Assembly (NCBI GenBank): GCA_964611655.1 | Contig: CAZTAY010000003.1 | Coordinates: forward strand, 1 to 49,746 | DNA: 49,746 nucleotides | Direction of reading: 5' to 3' | From: an uncultured Eubacteriales bacterium | GTDB lineage: Bacteria > Bacillota > Clostridia > Lachnospirales > CAZTAY01 | In this document: in pieces, positions 10,801 to 18,672 of the stretch | Layout: every line of letters starts with the position of its first letter | Numbering within the stretch: the first letter of the stretch is position 1 | Notes under the pieces: generated by a model | Told to the model about the DNA's origin: nothing | The model's database searches: none | The model's input: only the letters and a program-made list of their open reading frames with translations | Program-made: the position numbers and the translations under genes

Positions 10801-11215
10801 TTTCGGAGGTTTTGACAGAGAACTGGAAAAACTCTGTTATAATATCCTTGAGTTTTCCAAGAAACCCCTTTTTATCTATAGTATTTCCATAGAAATTAAG
10901 CTCTTTTTCAAGACCGTATATTATTTTTCTGATAAGCATTATTTTGCCCACATCACCCATAACTTTTTTGTTCATGTGACCATGAGCTGAAAAGAATCTA
11001 AACGCCAGCCTGCTAAAACTTAACACTTCTGCGTTAAAAAGTCCACTATTTTCAATCAACCCCGCAACCATTCTTTCAGACATAAGTGTAAATTGTTCGG
11101 GCACAAGGTAAATCAAAGGGTTTTCGTTCCTGTTTTTAATTTCATCTTTAATTGCTTCAAGGCAGAAAGTGGTCTTGCCTGTTCCGCTAAGACCAATAAT
11201 AAATTGTGCTTCCAT
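7820..11215 (-). CDS. addB: ATP-dependent helicase/nuclease subunit B
   Basis: Walker A GLSGTGKT, VPEQFT, SVSRLEKYAACPF, PD-(D/E)xK GRIDRID..VDYKSG, GLQLQL, Fe-S cysteines CDYCLYGQIC; 1131 aa. Confidence 0.95.
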   Translation of the reverse strand: MEAQFIIGLSGTGKTTFCLEAIKDEIKNRNENPLIYLVPEQFTLMSERMVAGLIENSGLFNAEVLSFSRLAFRFFSAHGHMNKKVMGDVGKIMLIRKIIYGLEKELNFYGNTIDKKGFLGKLKDIITEFFQFSVKTSEIDISNIKQATLKSKWSDITKIYEGYCNFLKDSYVSSDDLLDVFAESIEKEQDYLKDSVIWIDNFHGFTAQEYKVISKLSTICQKIYITLVAPPIDHRNSELIQGDFFYETKNSMKRLNAIFKDNGVNIKPPIFLYHNQRLKGNSAILALEQNFFSFNHKLYDGETDSLKIFAAIDIFEEIKMTANEIISLTRDKNIRYKDIAILLCDEGSYAKPLKNIMQEFEIPIFMDERKPIYQHPLIEYIRALLETIISRKSFESVSRYLKTGLTGIADEDVFLLENYMLAYGIKGRDWEQPFKWGFDSGVYDFDKMEGLRVTLLNSLSDLTEKIKSSSKYKIQFICERLYSHLKTHNISERLEAQNNRLIGLPGFIQDELLKVWNSLIELLGKMADTLGNEQVTLKEFIKLFEAGLSESHMGAIPQCIDNVIVGDLRRTRLPEIKALFVLGMNDNNIPESKGATGLFSENDRKELLSAGIEMGLFGLRKSCEEQFLAYLAFSKPREQLVLGYSLFNADLAEQRPSYIINRIKKIFKDIKQVTTETQEEICKINKPSIVFKELNKKITDYVKTGEMTPFWKDIYTWFYKMDREKTKDLTELAFAYTDFEKISARRLAPETSGNLFKSDIYSSVSRLEKYAACPFSYFASYSLYLKERKVYTLNTPDLGILFHNMLDLYSKKLEEAGFKWHNITQKKMEELVYESVYETTGKMDILASSYKNKYLVERFKRVSKRAVWALTKHVQKGDFIPFAYEQGFGAQEALPPIVIDLENGRKIILTGRIDRIDTFEGQDCTYVKIVDYKSGNAYFSLQDIYYGLQLQLLVYLDAFLKSSQNYSPGGIFYFRIKDPFINIMSIDDEVDSVVEEKLLKELKLSGLILSNKDVVNALEKDLQGYSSIIPVQVKKDGELGKNSSVATQEQFNDLMRHTVRIAKQLAGELSEGVVAVSPVKLPDKTACDYCLYGQICGFDIKIPGCEYRVLKRISTQNVWESLAKMPNEDKS

Positions 11216-11244
11216 TTTTAATTCTTCCTTTTCAAAAAAATCCG

Positions 11245-11302
11245 TTTACGAATATCTTTATTGTGTTATAATATATTATATCTTTAAATTTCCAAAAGGC
11301 AA
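11245..11302. promoter_or_regulatory. Overlapping divergent sigA-like promoters for addB (-) and desulfoferrodoxin-ferritin (+)
   Basis: + strand TTTACG-16-TATAAT with TG extension (11245-11272); - strand TTGCCT-16-TATAAT (11302-11275); the two -10 boxes form the palindrome TATAATATATTATA. Confidence 0.5.
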
Positions 11303-11344
11303 TAAAGGTTTAACAGTCGCAACTTAAGAGAGGATGAGAAACTA

Positions 11345-11722
11345 ATGAAAAAAGTTTTTTACAGATGTAATATTTGCGGAACAATCATTGGAATGATGCA
11401 TGACGGAGGCGGAACACTGGTTTGCTGCGCTGATGATATGGAAGAGCTTACTGTTAACACCTCTGACGGTGCAAAAGAAAAACATGTGCCTGAAGTTAAA
11501 ATCGAAGGAGATACTCTTTATGTATCTGTGGGTGATGTTGAGCATCCTATGACTAAAGAACATTATATTCAGTGGATTTTAATTGTACAGGACGGCAAAA
11601 CTCAAAGAGTTGAGCTTTCCCCTGATTCTGAGCCTAAAGCAACCTTTAAAATCGAGGAAGGTAAACCTATTGAGGTTTATGAATATTGTAATTTACACGG
11701 GTTATGGGCAAAGGAGATTTAG
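11345..11722 (+). CDS. Desulfoferrodoxin / superoxide reductase
   Basis: CNIC..VCC desulforedoxin centre; EKHVP, HPM..EHYI, CNLHGLW centre II ligands. Confidence 0.95.
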   Translation: MKKVFYRCNICGTIIGMMHDGGGTLVCCADDMEELTVNTSDGAKEKHVPEVKIEGDTLYVSVGDVEHPMTKEHYIQWILIVQDGKTQRVELSPDSEPKATFKIEEGKPIEVYEYCNLHGLWAKEI

Positions 11723-11725
11723 GAA

Positions 11726-12232
11726 ATGGACGATAGATTATTAACATTTCTTCAAAATCAAATAAATGCAGAGTTTTACTCTGCATACATGTACTTATCA
11801 ATGTCTTCTTGGTGCGAAGAACAAGAAGGTATTAAAGGCTTTGCAAACTGGATGAGAGTTCAAGCACAGGAAGAGCTTTTCCACGCCCTTTTCATGCACG
11901 ATTATGTTATAAGAAGAGGAAAGCCTTCTCACATGAAATCAATTTCAGAACCTCCAAGCAGTTGGAAAGACCCTCTTGATATGTTTGAAAGCGTATTAGC
12001 TCATGAACAAAAGGTTACTAAAAGCATAAACGAAATTGCTTCAGTTGCAATGGAATGTAATGACCATGCAACATACCAATTTATCATGAGGTTTGTTGAT
12101 GAACAGGTTGAGGAGGAAGAGTCTGTTTCTGATATAATAGGAAAACTTAAATTCTATAAAGGAAACACTCATATCCTTTATGATCTTGATAAAGAGCTTG
12201 CAACAAGGGTTTATACCCAGCCTAACTGGTAG
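11726..12232 (+). CDS. Non-haem ferritin
   Basis: QINAEFYSAYMYLSM, GFANW..QAQEELFHA, HEQKVT..IN, DHAT..EQVEEE ferroxidase motifs. Confidence 0.95.
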   Translation: MDDRLLTFLQNQINAEFYSAYMYLSMSSWCEEQEGIKGFANWMRVQAQEELFHALFMHDYVIRRGKPSHMKSISEPPSSWKDPLDMFESVLAHEQKVTKSINEIASVAMECNDHATYQFIMRFVDEQVEEEESVSDIIGKLKFYKGNTHILYDLDKELATRVYTQPNW

Positions 12233-12250
12233 ATTAAATTAACATAAATA

Positions 12251-12301
12251 GAGTTCGGGGTTTTCAGTGAAGCATTTTGAAAACACCGAACTCATTTTTT
12301 T
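12251..12301 (+). terminator. Intrinsic terminator between the convergent ferritin and YtxC-like genes
   Basis: GAGTTCGGGGTTTTCA...TGAAAACACCGAACTC stem followed by ATTTTTTT. Confidence 0.8.
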
Positions 12302-13105
12302 CTAACAACCTTTACCCGAAATAAAAAAGTCCACATCATTGCTAATACAGACCCTATTTGAAAATATTTGATTTATTGTATGCACAATGTTCGGCATTTC
12401 AATTGACTTTGCCTTATGAACAATGATTTTCTCTGGCATTTGTTCAAGCAAGAACGAAATTAGCAGCTCGTTTGAGTTCAGCTCCTGATCAGAATCTGCC
12501 GAAAAAGCCTTATGAGTTATGTTTGAATAGCTTTTATCAAACAACATGAACCCTGATTGGTTAAAGAAAACATGTATTGTCGCGGCATTTTTATTACTCT
12601 TGCTGCTTTTAACATAGTCTTGCATTAAGGAAATAAAATTAAGATACTGAAGTTCTGCATACTGCTTATGTAAAACCGCATCTAAAAGCGATATTATTTC
12701 ATTTGTTATGTATTTTAACTGGAATGTGGAAAAACCTAATAAGTCAAGTTCGTTTTTTTCTCCAATTTGCTCCACTGTTTTTTTACACACCGAAGGCAAT
12801 ATAGGTTTAGACATTAAAAATTTAAGTATTTCATAAGCCAATTCATTTTTAACTGAGGATCTTGCACCGTTAATTATTCTTGAAACAGTTGTAATAACAT
12901 TTGTTTCAAGGGCAAGCAGTGATATAAACTTAACGGCTTTTGATTCTGTGTTTTCAACCTGATCATCCATGTACTTTTCAACAATAGTAAGCCTGTTATT
13001 AAGCTTGTCGAAATCTAAGGTTATTCCGCTATCTAGCTTATGCTGTCCGAATACCTGTAAGAGATTGCAGTAATTTGCCGAATGTAATGTATAACAACCC
13101 ACCAC
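12302..13105 (-). CDS. Putative sporulation protein, YtxC-like
   Basis: LDLLGFSTFQL, QYLNFISLMQDYV, LLISFLLEQMPEKIIVH, TINQIFSNRV resemble YtxC motifs; RBS AAGGAG and GTG start. Confidence 0.7.
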   Translation of the reverse strand: MVGCYTLHSANYCNLLQVFGQHKLDSGITLDFDKLNNRLTIVEKYMDDQVENTESKAVKFISLLALETNVITTVSRIINGARSSVKNELAYEILKFLMSKPILPSVCKKTVEQIGEKNELDLLGFSTFQLKYITNEIISLLDAVLHKQYAELQYLNFISLMQDYVKSSKSNKNAATIHVFFNQSGFMLFDKSYSNITHKAFSADSDQELNSNELLISFLLEQMPEKIIVHKAKSIEMPNIVHTINQIFSNRVCISNDVDFFISGKGC

Positions 13106-13168
13106 ACCACTCCTTTTATATTCTCATTCTAAGCATATGCACAGCGGTATGTTCAACTTACATTGTAC

Positions 13169-13603
13169 CTAAATTTTTATGGTGTGAGTGTATTCTTCAA
13201 AGGCTTTTTCGAACATTTTTTTCATCCATTTTTGCATATTTGCCCCTTGGGCATCATTCATAGACATCCAATCAAAACCCTCATGCTCTTCACTAAGAAC
13301 AACTTCACCGGAAAGATAATTACACAAATAAGTGATTATCACTATATGGATGTGAGGACGTATAATATCATGAATATCAAAGGGCTTAACAATTAAAACG
13401 TCAAGTCCCGTCTCTTCTTTGATTTCACGTTCAAGTCCCTGTTGCGTCTTTTCAAAATATTGTAGTCCACCGCCAGGTAAATCCCAAAGGTCAATTTTGT
13501 TTATCCGGCTTTGTTCCATCTCTGATCTTGAACGCTTTAATACCAGTATTTTATTTTCTTTAAATATGAGTGATTTTACGGCGATTGCAAAATTCCTTTT
13601 CAA
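13169..13603 (-). CDS. NUDIX hydrolase
   Basis: Nudix box WDLPGGG....REIKEETGL; LSEEH..FDW. Confidence 0.9.
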   Translation of the reverse strand: MKRNFAIAVKSLIFKENKILVLKRSRSEMEQSRINKIDLWDLPGGGLQYFEKTQQGLEREIKEETGLDVLIVKPFDIHDIIRPHIHIVIITYLCNYLSGEVVLSEEHEGFDWMSMNDAQGANMQKWMKKMFEKAFEEYTHTIKI

Positions 13604-13630
13604 TTGTAGCTCACATCTTTTCTTGGTTTA

Positions 13631-14500
13631 TTATCGATTTAAAATGGTTTTTAAGTCGTTCTCATCAAAGCAATAGTGGCTGTTACAGAAATGGCAATGA
13701 AGGTCAGCTTCTTTTTCGTTTTCCAGTATATCAGTTATTTCATCTTTCCCAATAGCACAAAGTGCGTCTCTCATACGATCTCTGGAGCAGTTGCATTTAT
13801 ACAGAGCTTCAAGCTTTTCATTAAAATGTATCTCCATGCCGCTAAATATTTCTTTTAGAATGTCCTCCGGCATAAGCCCCTTGTCAAGCTGCGTTGTTAT
13901 AGCTTCCATATTGGAAATTCGTTGGTTAATAATGTCTGATGTAGCATCACTAGCGCCAGGCATTCTTTGAATAATGATTCCCCCCGACTGCTTAACGGAA
14001 TAATCCCTGTCAACCAAAACCCCAAGCGCAACAGCAGACGGCGTTTGCTCACTTTTAATAAAGTAATAAGCAAAATCCTCCGCAATCTCTGATGTGTAAA
14101 GAGGTATTTGACCGTTATAAGGTTCTTTTAATCCCATATCTTTTGTGACACTTAATATGCCTTTTCCCACCGCCCCGGAAACATCTAATTTTCCGTTTGG
14201 CTTAAGAGGAATGTCAACAATATTTACAAGAGGATAACCTTTTACAGTCCCTCTTTCTTCAGATGTTGTAAGCATCCCCTTTAAAGGTCCGTCCGACTTT
14301 ATCTGAACTGTTAGTTTATTATTGTTTTTGTTCATTGTACTCATTAATAAAGTTGCGGTCAACATTCTTCCAAGTGCAGCCGTCACAACAGGGGATGTTT
14401 CATGAATTTTTCGTGACTGCTCACAAAGGCTTTTGGTATAAGCTCCAAACACCCTGAAAGTGCCGTTTTCTGCCGACGCAGAAATTATATAATCGTTCAT
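13631..14500 (-). CDS. hslO: Hsp33 redox-regulated chaperone
   Basis: AALGRML, GKLDVSGAVG, EIAEDFAYYF.KSEQTPSAV.LGV, zinc site CNC..CHFC. Confidence 0.96.
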   Translation of the reverse strand: MNDYIISASAENGTFRVFGAYTKSLCEQSRKIHETSPVVTAALGRMLTATLLMSTMNKNNNKLTVQIKSDGPLKGMLTTSEERGTVKGYPLVNIVDIPLKPNGKLDVSGAVGKGILSVTKDMGLKEPYNGQIPLYTSEIAEDFAYYFIKSEQTPSAVALGVLVDRDYSVKQSGGIIIQRMPGASDATSDIINQRISNMEAITTQLDKGLMPEDILKEIFSGMEIHFNEKLEALYKCNCSRDRMRDALCAIGKDEITDILENEKEADLHCHFCNSHYCFDENDLKTILNR

Positions 14501-14501
14501 T

Positions 14502-15263
14502 TTAAATCACCTTTTCATTGTTCTCAAAAACAAAAAGCAATCTCTCCGAATTCTCTTTTGGTTCATTAAAGGAATAATCATCATAAATACCCTTTAGCAA
14601 GAAATTGTTTTCTTTTGCAATTCGAATTATTTCCTTGGGCTCAAAAGCTCTTTGGAAATGTGTCTCTTCATATTTATCAAAAGTACCACTTCCGTTACGT
14701 ACGAAAAATGTTATGAAATATTCGTTCACCAATTCTTCTGTGTCATAGAAGTTTTCCCAGATATAATATATATCCTCTGAACAAAACGTAAAATTATTTT
14801 CATTCAATATTTTCTCATATTTAAATTTTGTGTTTATATCAAACATAAACAAACCCTTTGGGTTTAAATAGTTATTTGCAAGACTAAATAATTTATTCAG
14901 ATCACCGTCGTCAATTAGGTAATTCACTGAATCCATAACACTTATAATACTGTCAACTGTTCCGTAGAGTTCAAACTCCGTCATGTCCTGGTTTAAAAAC
15001 AAAATGTCACAATCCCTATCTAACGACTTTTCCTTTGCAACCCCTAGCATATCAGCAGAAGCATCTATACCTATAACATCATGACCTGCCTTTGACAATA
15101 ACAAGGCAACTTCACCGGTGCCACAGCCAAGGTCAAGCACAAGTTCAGGTTTCTTTTCATTGATTTTCCACACATTTTGAATATGTGTAACCCATGACTG
15201 ATAGTCAACGTTATGGGACATTATTTTATCGTATACATACGCAAAACCATTATAACTATCCAT
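14502..15263 (-). CDS. Class I SAM-dependent methyltransferase (YqeM-like)
   Basis: FAYVYD, VLDLGCGTG, GIDASADML, QDM, DSVNY, EETHFQRAF. Confidence 0.9.
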   Translation of the reverse strand: MDSYNGFAYVYDKIMSHNVDYQSWVTHIQNVWKINEKKPELVLDLGCGTGEVALLLSKAGHDVIGIDASADMLGVAKEKSLDRDCDILFLNQDMTEFELYGTVDSIISVMDSVNYLIDDGDLNKLFSLANNYLNPKGLFMFDINTKFKYEKILNENNFTFCSEDIYYIWENFYDTEELVNEYFITFFVRNGSGTFDKYEETHFQRAFEPKEIIRIAKENNFLLKGIYDDYSFNEPKENSERLLFVFENNEKVI

Positions 15264-15423
15264 TGCTTGATACCGCCTTAAAACTAATATTATAACATTT
15301 TATTCAATGCTTGTCTCTATTTACTATGACTTTTTTCATATCATAATATTATACTTAAGGAATGGTACAAAAGCAAGTTAATCAACTCATCTATAAAAAA
15401 ATAACCACATTCGCTATGGAAAT

Positions 15424-15452
15424 TTGCAAAAAAATATGGTAAATTATATTAT
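15424..15452 (+). promoter_or_regulatory. Putative sigA promoter of the pyrH-frr operon
   Basis: TTGCAA-17-TATTAT upstream of RBS AAGGAG; the region is AT-rich so a chance match is possible. Confidence 0.4.
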
Positions 15453-15518
15453 GGTATGAACTTTATGATGAGCTATATGTTCTGCCCTTTTACTGCTTGA
15501 CTCTAAGGAGAGATACAA

Positions 15519-16256
15519 ATGTATAAAAGAGTAACAATTAAGCTAAGCGGTGCAAAACTGGCGTATGACGAAAAAACTGCCTCTTGCTTAAACAGTAACC
15601 CCAAGAGAAAACCCGTTTTCCACAGGGATTATATAGAAGAGTTTGCTAAAGAAGTTAAAAACCTATTAGAGCAAAAAATTCAAGTTTGTATAGTGGTAGG
15701 CGGCGGTAACTTCTGGCGTGGCAGAGAAAGTGATGACAGAACCAACCGAGTGAACTCCGACAATATCGGGATGATGGCTATTGCAATGAACTCAATTTAT
15801 GTTTCTGATGTTTTCGATTCTATGGAGGTTAAAAATCAGTTGTTTTCGCCTGTTCCTGTAGCTAATATTTTCACCCTATTTAGCAGAAAGGGTGCAATTA
15901 AATCAATGGCAGAAGGAAATGCCATAATTGTTTCCTGCGGTACAGGTCACCCATATTTTTCAACCGATACTGCAACTGCAATATACGGTTCTGAAATTGA
16001 CTCTGATGTATTACTTTTTCAAAAATCAGGTACTAACGGGGTTTATACCAAAAACCCAAGCGAACCTGATGCACAGTTCATTGAAAAAATAACCTACAGG
16101 GAGATACTTGCAAACCCCCATATTGAGGTAATTGACAAGGCGGCGGCGGCAACATTAATCGAAACAAATATTCCGTCCGTTATATTCGGTTATGGCGGAG
16201 GTTATATAGAAAAAGCCGTTTCAGGTGGAAAAATTGGAACTTATGTATGTAACTGA
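15519..16256 (+). CDS. pyrH: Uridylate kinase (divergent sequence)
   Basis: YKRV.IKLSG, VVGGGNFWRG, D.IGMMA..MN, GTGHPYFSTDT; immediately upstream of frr. Confidence 0.9.
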   Translation: MYKRVTIKLSGAKLAYDEKTASCLNSNPKRKPVFHRDYIEEFAKEVKNLLEQKIQVCIVVGGGNFWRGRESDDRTNRVNSDNIGMMAIAMNSIYVSDVFDSMEVKNQLFSPVPVANIFTLFSRKGAIKSMAEGNAIIVSCGTGHPYFSTDTATAIYGSEIDSDVLLFQKSGTNGVYTKNPSEPDAQFIEKITYREILANPHIEVIDKAAAATLIETNIPSVIFGYGGGYIEKAVSGGKIGTYVCN

Positions 16257-16300
16257 AGTTAAAATTTTACTTTTAAAAATTTAGTTAGGAGAGATTAAAA

Positions 16301-16855
16301 ATGAGCGACGATGTTGCAAAGTATGAAGAAAAGATGAAAAAGACTATTTCTGCACTTGAATCAGAGCTTGCGTCAATAAGAGCCGGCAGAGCAAACCCAC
16401 ATGTACTTGATAAAATAATGGTTGATTATTATGGAACACCAACTTCCCTTAATCAAATCGGTAATATTACCGTTCCGGAAGCAAGGTTAATCCAAATCCA
16501 GCCATGGGAAGCATCAATGCTAAAACCAATCGAAAAGGCAATTCAGTCTTCTGATATTGGAATTAATCCAAGCAACGATGGAAAGGTAATTAGACTTTTG
16601 TTCCCAGAACTAACAGAAGAACGCAGAAAAGACCTTGCAAAAGATGTTAAGAAAAAAGGCGAGGATTCTAAGGTTGCAATCAGAAACATCAGACGTGATG
16701 CAATGGATTACTTTAAAAAAATCCAGAAAAAATCAGAAATTACAGAGGACGATTTAAAAGAAACAGAAGACAAGATCCAGAAAGCAACGGATAAGTTTAT
16801 TAAGGACATTGATAAAATTATTGAAGCCAAAACAAAAGATATCATGTCTGTATAA
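16301..16855 (+). CDS. frr: Ribosome recycling factor
   Basis: IRAGRANP, VDYYGTPT, GINPSNDG, PELTEERRKDL, VAIRNIRRD. Confidence 0.98.
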   Translation: MSDDVAKYEEKMKKTISALESELASIRAGRANPHVLDKIMVDYYGTPTSLNQIGNITVPEARLIQIQPWEASMLKPIEKAIQSSDIGINPSNDGKVIRLLFPELTEERRKDLAKDVKKKGEDSKVAIRNIRRDAMDYFKKIQKKSEITEDDLKETEDKIQKATDKFIKDIDKIIEAKTKDIMSV

Positions 16856-16872
16856 TTGAACTATAGAGTATA

Positions 16873-17040
16873 CTAGAACATATATTTAACAATTGATTGC
16901 CTGAAATTAATAAGCGATTGCTATTTTCGGCATTGCGAAGAAGGCATAATGAAACAAATCATGACAAGCTGCCATAACAAAGAGTGGCAGAATAATTGCC
17001 TTCAGAGACAGGTTACAGCTTGTTGTATACATGTTATTAG
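16873..17040. repeat. Degenerate palindromic MITE-like element 1
   Basis: Imperfect terminal inverted repeats CTAGAACATATATTTAACAA (16873-16892) and TTGTTGTATACATGTTATTAG (17020-17040); internal ATTTTCGGCATTGCGAAGAAG motif shared with elements 2 and 3. Confidence 0.55.
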
Positions 17041-17068
17041 AAGGGGCTGTATTAACGGCCCCTTATTT
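17041..17068 (+). terminator. Hairpin / weak terminator after frr
   Basis: AAGGGGCTGT-ATTA-ACGGCCCCTT stem followed by a short ATTT. Confidence 0.55.
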
Positions 17069-17083
17069 GAAAAGGGTGATTTT

Positions 17084-17806
17084 GTGCAGGAGACAGAAAA
17101 ATCAAACGCCTATCCAAATCATGTGGCAATCATAATGGATGGCAACGGGCGCTGGGCAAAAAAGAGATTCCTGCCTACTAAAACCGGGCATAAAGCCGGT
17201 GCAGAGACCTTGAAGATGATTACAAGAGAAGCCGAAAAAATCGGTATTAAATTCATGACGGTCTATGCCTTTTCAACTGAGAACTGGAAAAGATCCCAAG
17301 CTGAAATTAATGATATAATGGATCTACTTAGAGAATATCTTAAGTTATATATAAAAGATGCTAGAAAAGACAATATTAAAGTTAAGGTTATTGGAAATAT
17401 TTCAAGGCTTGACAGTGATATTATCGCCCGAATAGAAGAACTTGAGGAAATTACAAAAGACAAACCCGGACTTACTCTTTTAATCGCCTTGAACTATGGT
17501 GGTAGAGACGATATTCTTAGAGCTGTTAAAACTTTAATTAAAAAAGCAGAAGCAGGGGATATTACTGCTAATGAACTTACTGAGGAGCATATTAATCAGT
17601 GCCTTGACCTATACCCCGTTCCCGACCCTGAACTTCTTATACGATCCAGCGGAGAATTTAGAATAAGCAATTTCCTGCTATGGAATTTGGCTTACACAGA
17701 GCTTTACTTTACTGATGTCCTTTGGCCAGACTTTACTAAAAAAGAATTTATGACCGCAATTAATTCCTATAATAACAGGGACAGACGGTTCGGCGGAAAA
17801 AACTAG
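17084..17806 (+). CDS. uppS: Undecaprenyl diphosphate synthase
   Basis: HVAIIMDGNGRWA, YAFSTENWKR, ALNYGGR, IRSSGEFRISNFLLW; start corrected to in-frame GTG 17084 after RBS AAGGGTG. Confidence 0.96.
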   Translation: MQETEKSNAYPNHVAIIMDGNGRWAKKRFLPTKTGHKAGAETLKMITREAEKIGIKFMTVYAFSTENWKRSQAEINDIMDLLREYLKLYIKDARKDNIKVKVIGNISRLDSDIIARIEELEEITKDKPGLTLLIALNYGGRDDILRAVKTLIKKAEAGDITANELTEEHINQCLDLYPVPDPELLIRSSGEFRISNFLLWNLAYTELYFTDVLWPDFTKKEFMTAINSYNNRDRRFGGKN

Positions 17807-17818
17807 AAAACCAAGGAA

Positions 17819-18640
17819 GTGGTAAGTTTGCTAATGAGAACGCTTACAACCATTGTCGGCCTTCCAATCATGATAGCTTTCATATATTATGGCGGAATGC
17901 CGTTAAAAATTTTTATTTTACTTCTTTCACTTGCCGGCATGAGTGAAGTTTTCGGCGCGTTGGGCGTTTCAAAAAAATTAGTCACGATACCCACTTATAT
18001 TGCCGCTGTTTTTTATTTCATTTTTATTGATAAATTAGACGGTACTGGCATAATATTTATCATATCGTTAATGGTCTTTATAATGATGACAATCGTTGTA
18101 CTAAACCATACTCTGTCAAATGTTTATGATGTTTCTATAAGCATGTTCGGATTTATTTACGTATGTATTTTAATGTCAACACTATTACTTATTCGTGTTC
18201 AGCCAAACGGGCTTAGTATCATTTGGCTTGTATTTATATCCTCATGGGGCTGTGATACGGGAGCATACCTTGTTGGCAAGACCTTTGGAAAACGAAAACT
18301 TGCTCCTTCACTAAGTCCTAACAAAACCATTGAAGGTTCAATCGGCGGAATTCTTTTTTCAATGTTACTCGCAGCCGTCTATGGCTTTTACCTGAATTTT
18401 AATAACGATCTTACAGTGGAAAACCCTATGGCTCTTTGCGTTATTGCTGTATTTTTCGGATCTATTTTCTCACAACTAGGCGATCTCTTTGCCTCATCCA
18501 TAAAAAGGCATACAGGAATAAAAGATTTTGGATTTTTAATCCCCGGTCACGGCGGAGTTATTGACCGTTTTGACAGCATTTTAACAACCTCACCGATTGT
18601 TTATTGTGTTTTTCTGCTGGTACAGCGATTTACAAGCTAA
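17819..18640 (+). CDS. cdsA: Phosphatidate cytidylyltransferase
   Basis: DTGAYLVG, SPNKTIEG, GDLFASSIKR..GIKDFG..IPGHGGVIDRFDS. Confidence 0.96.
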   Translation: MVSLLMRTLTTIVGLPIMIAFIYYGGMPLKIFILLLSLAGMSEVFGALGVSKKLVTIPTYIAAVFYFIFIDKLDGTGIIFIISLMVFIMMTIVVLNHTLSNVYDVSISMFGFIYVCILMSTLLLIRVQPNGLSIIWLVFISSWGCDTGAYLVGKTFGKRKLAPSLSPNKTIEGSIGGILFSMLLAAVYGFYLNFNNDLTVENPMALCVIAVFFGSIFSQLGDLFASSIKRHTGIKDFGFLIPGHGGVIDRFDSILTTSPIVYCVFLLVQRFTS

Positions 18641-18672
18641 TTTAAGAAGAACTTCTTTATAAGGAGAAACTA

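Noticed and set aside
16949-17083. 45-aa N-terminal extension of UppS in the ORF track
   Set aside because: It runs through the palindromic element and a hairpin; the good RBS is in front of GTG 17084.
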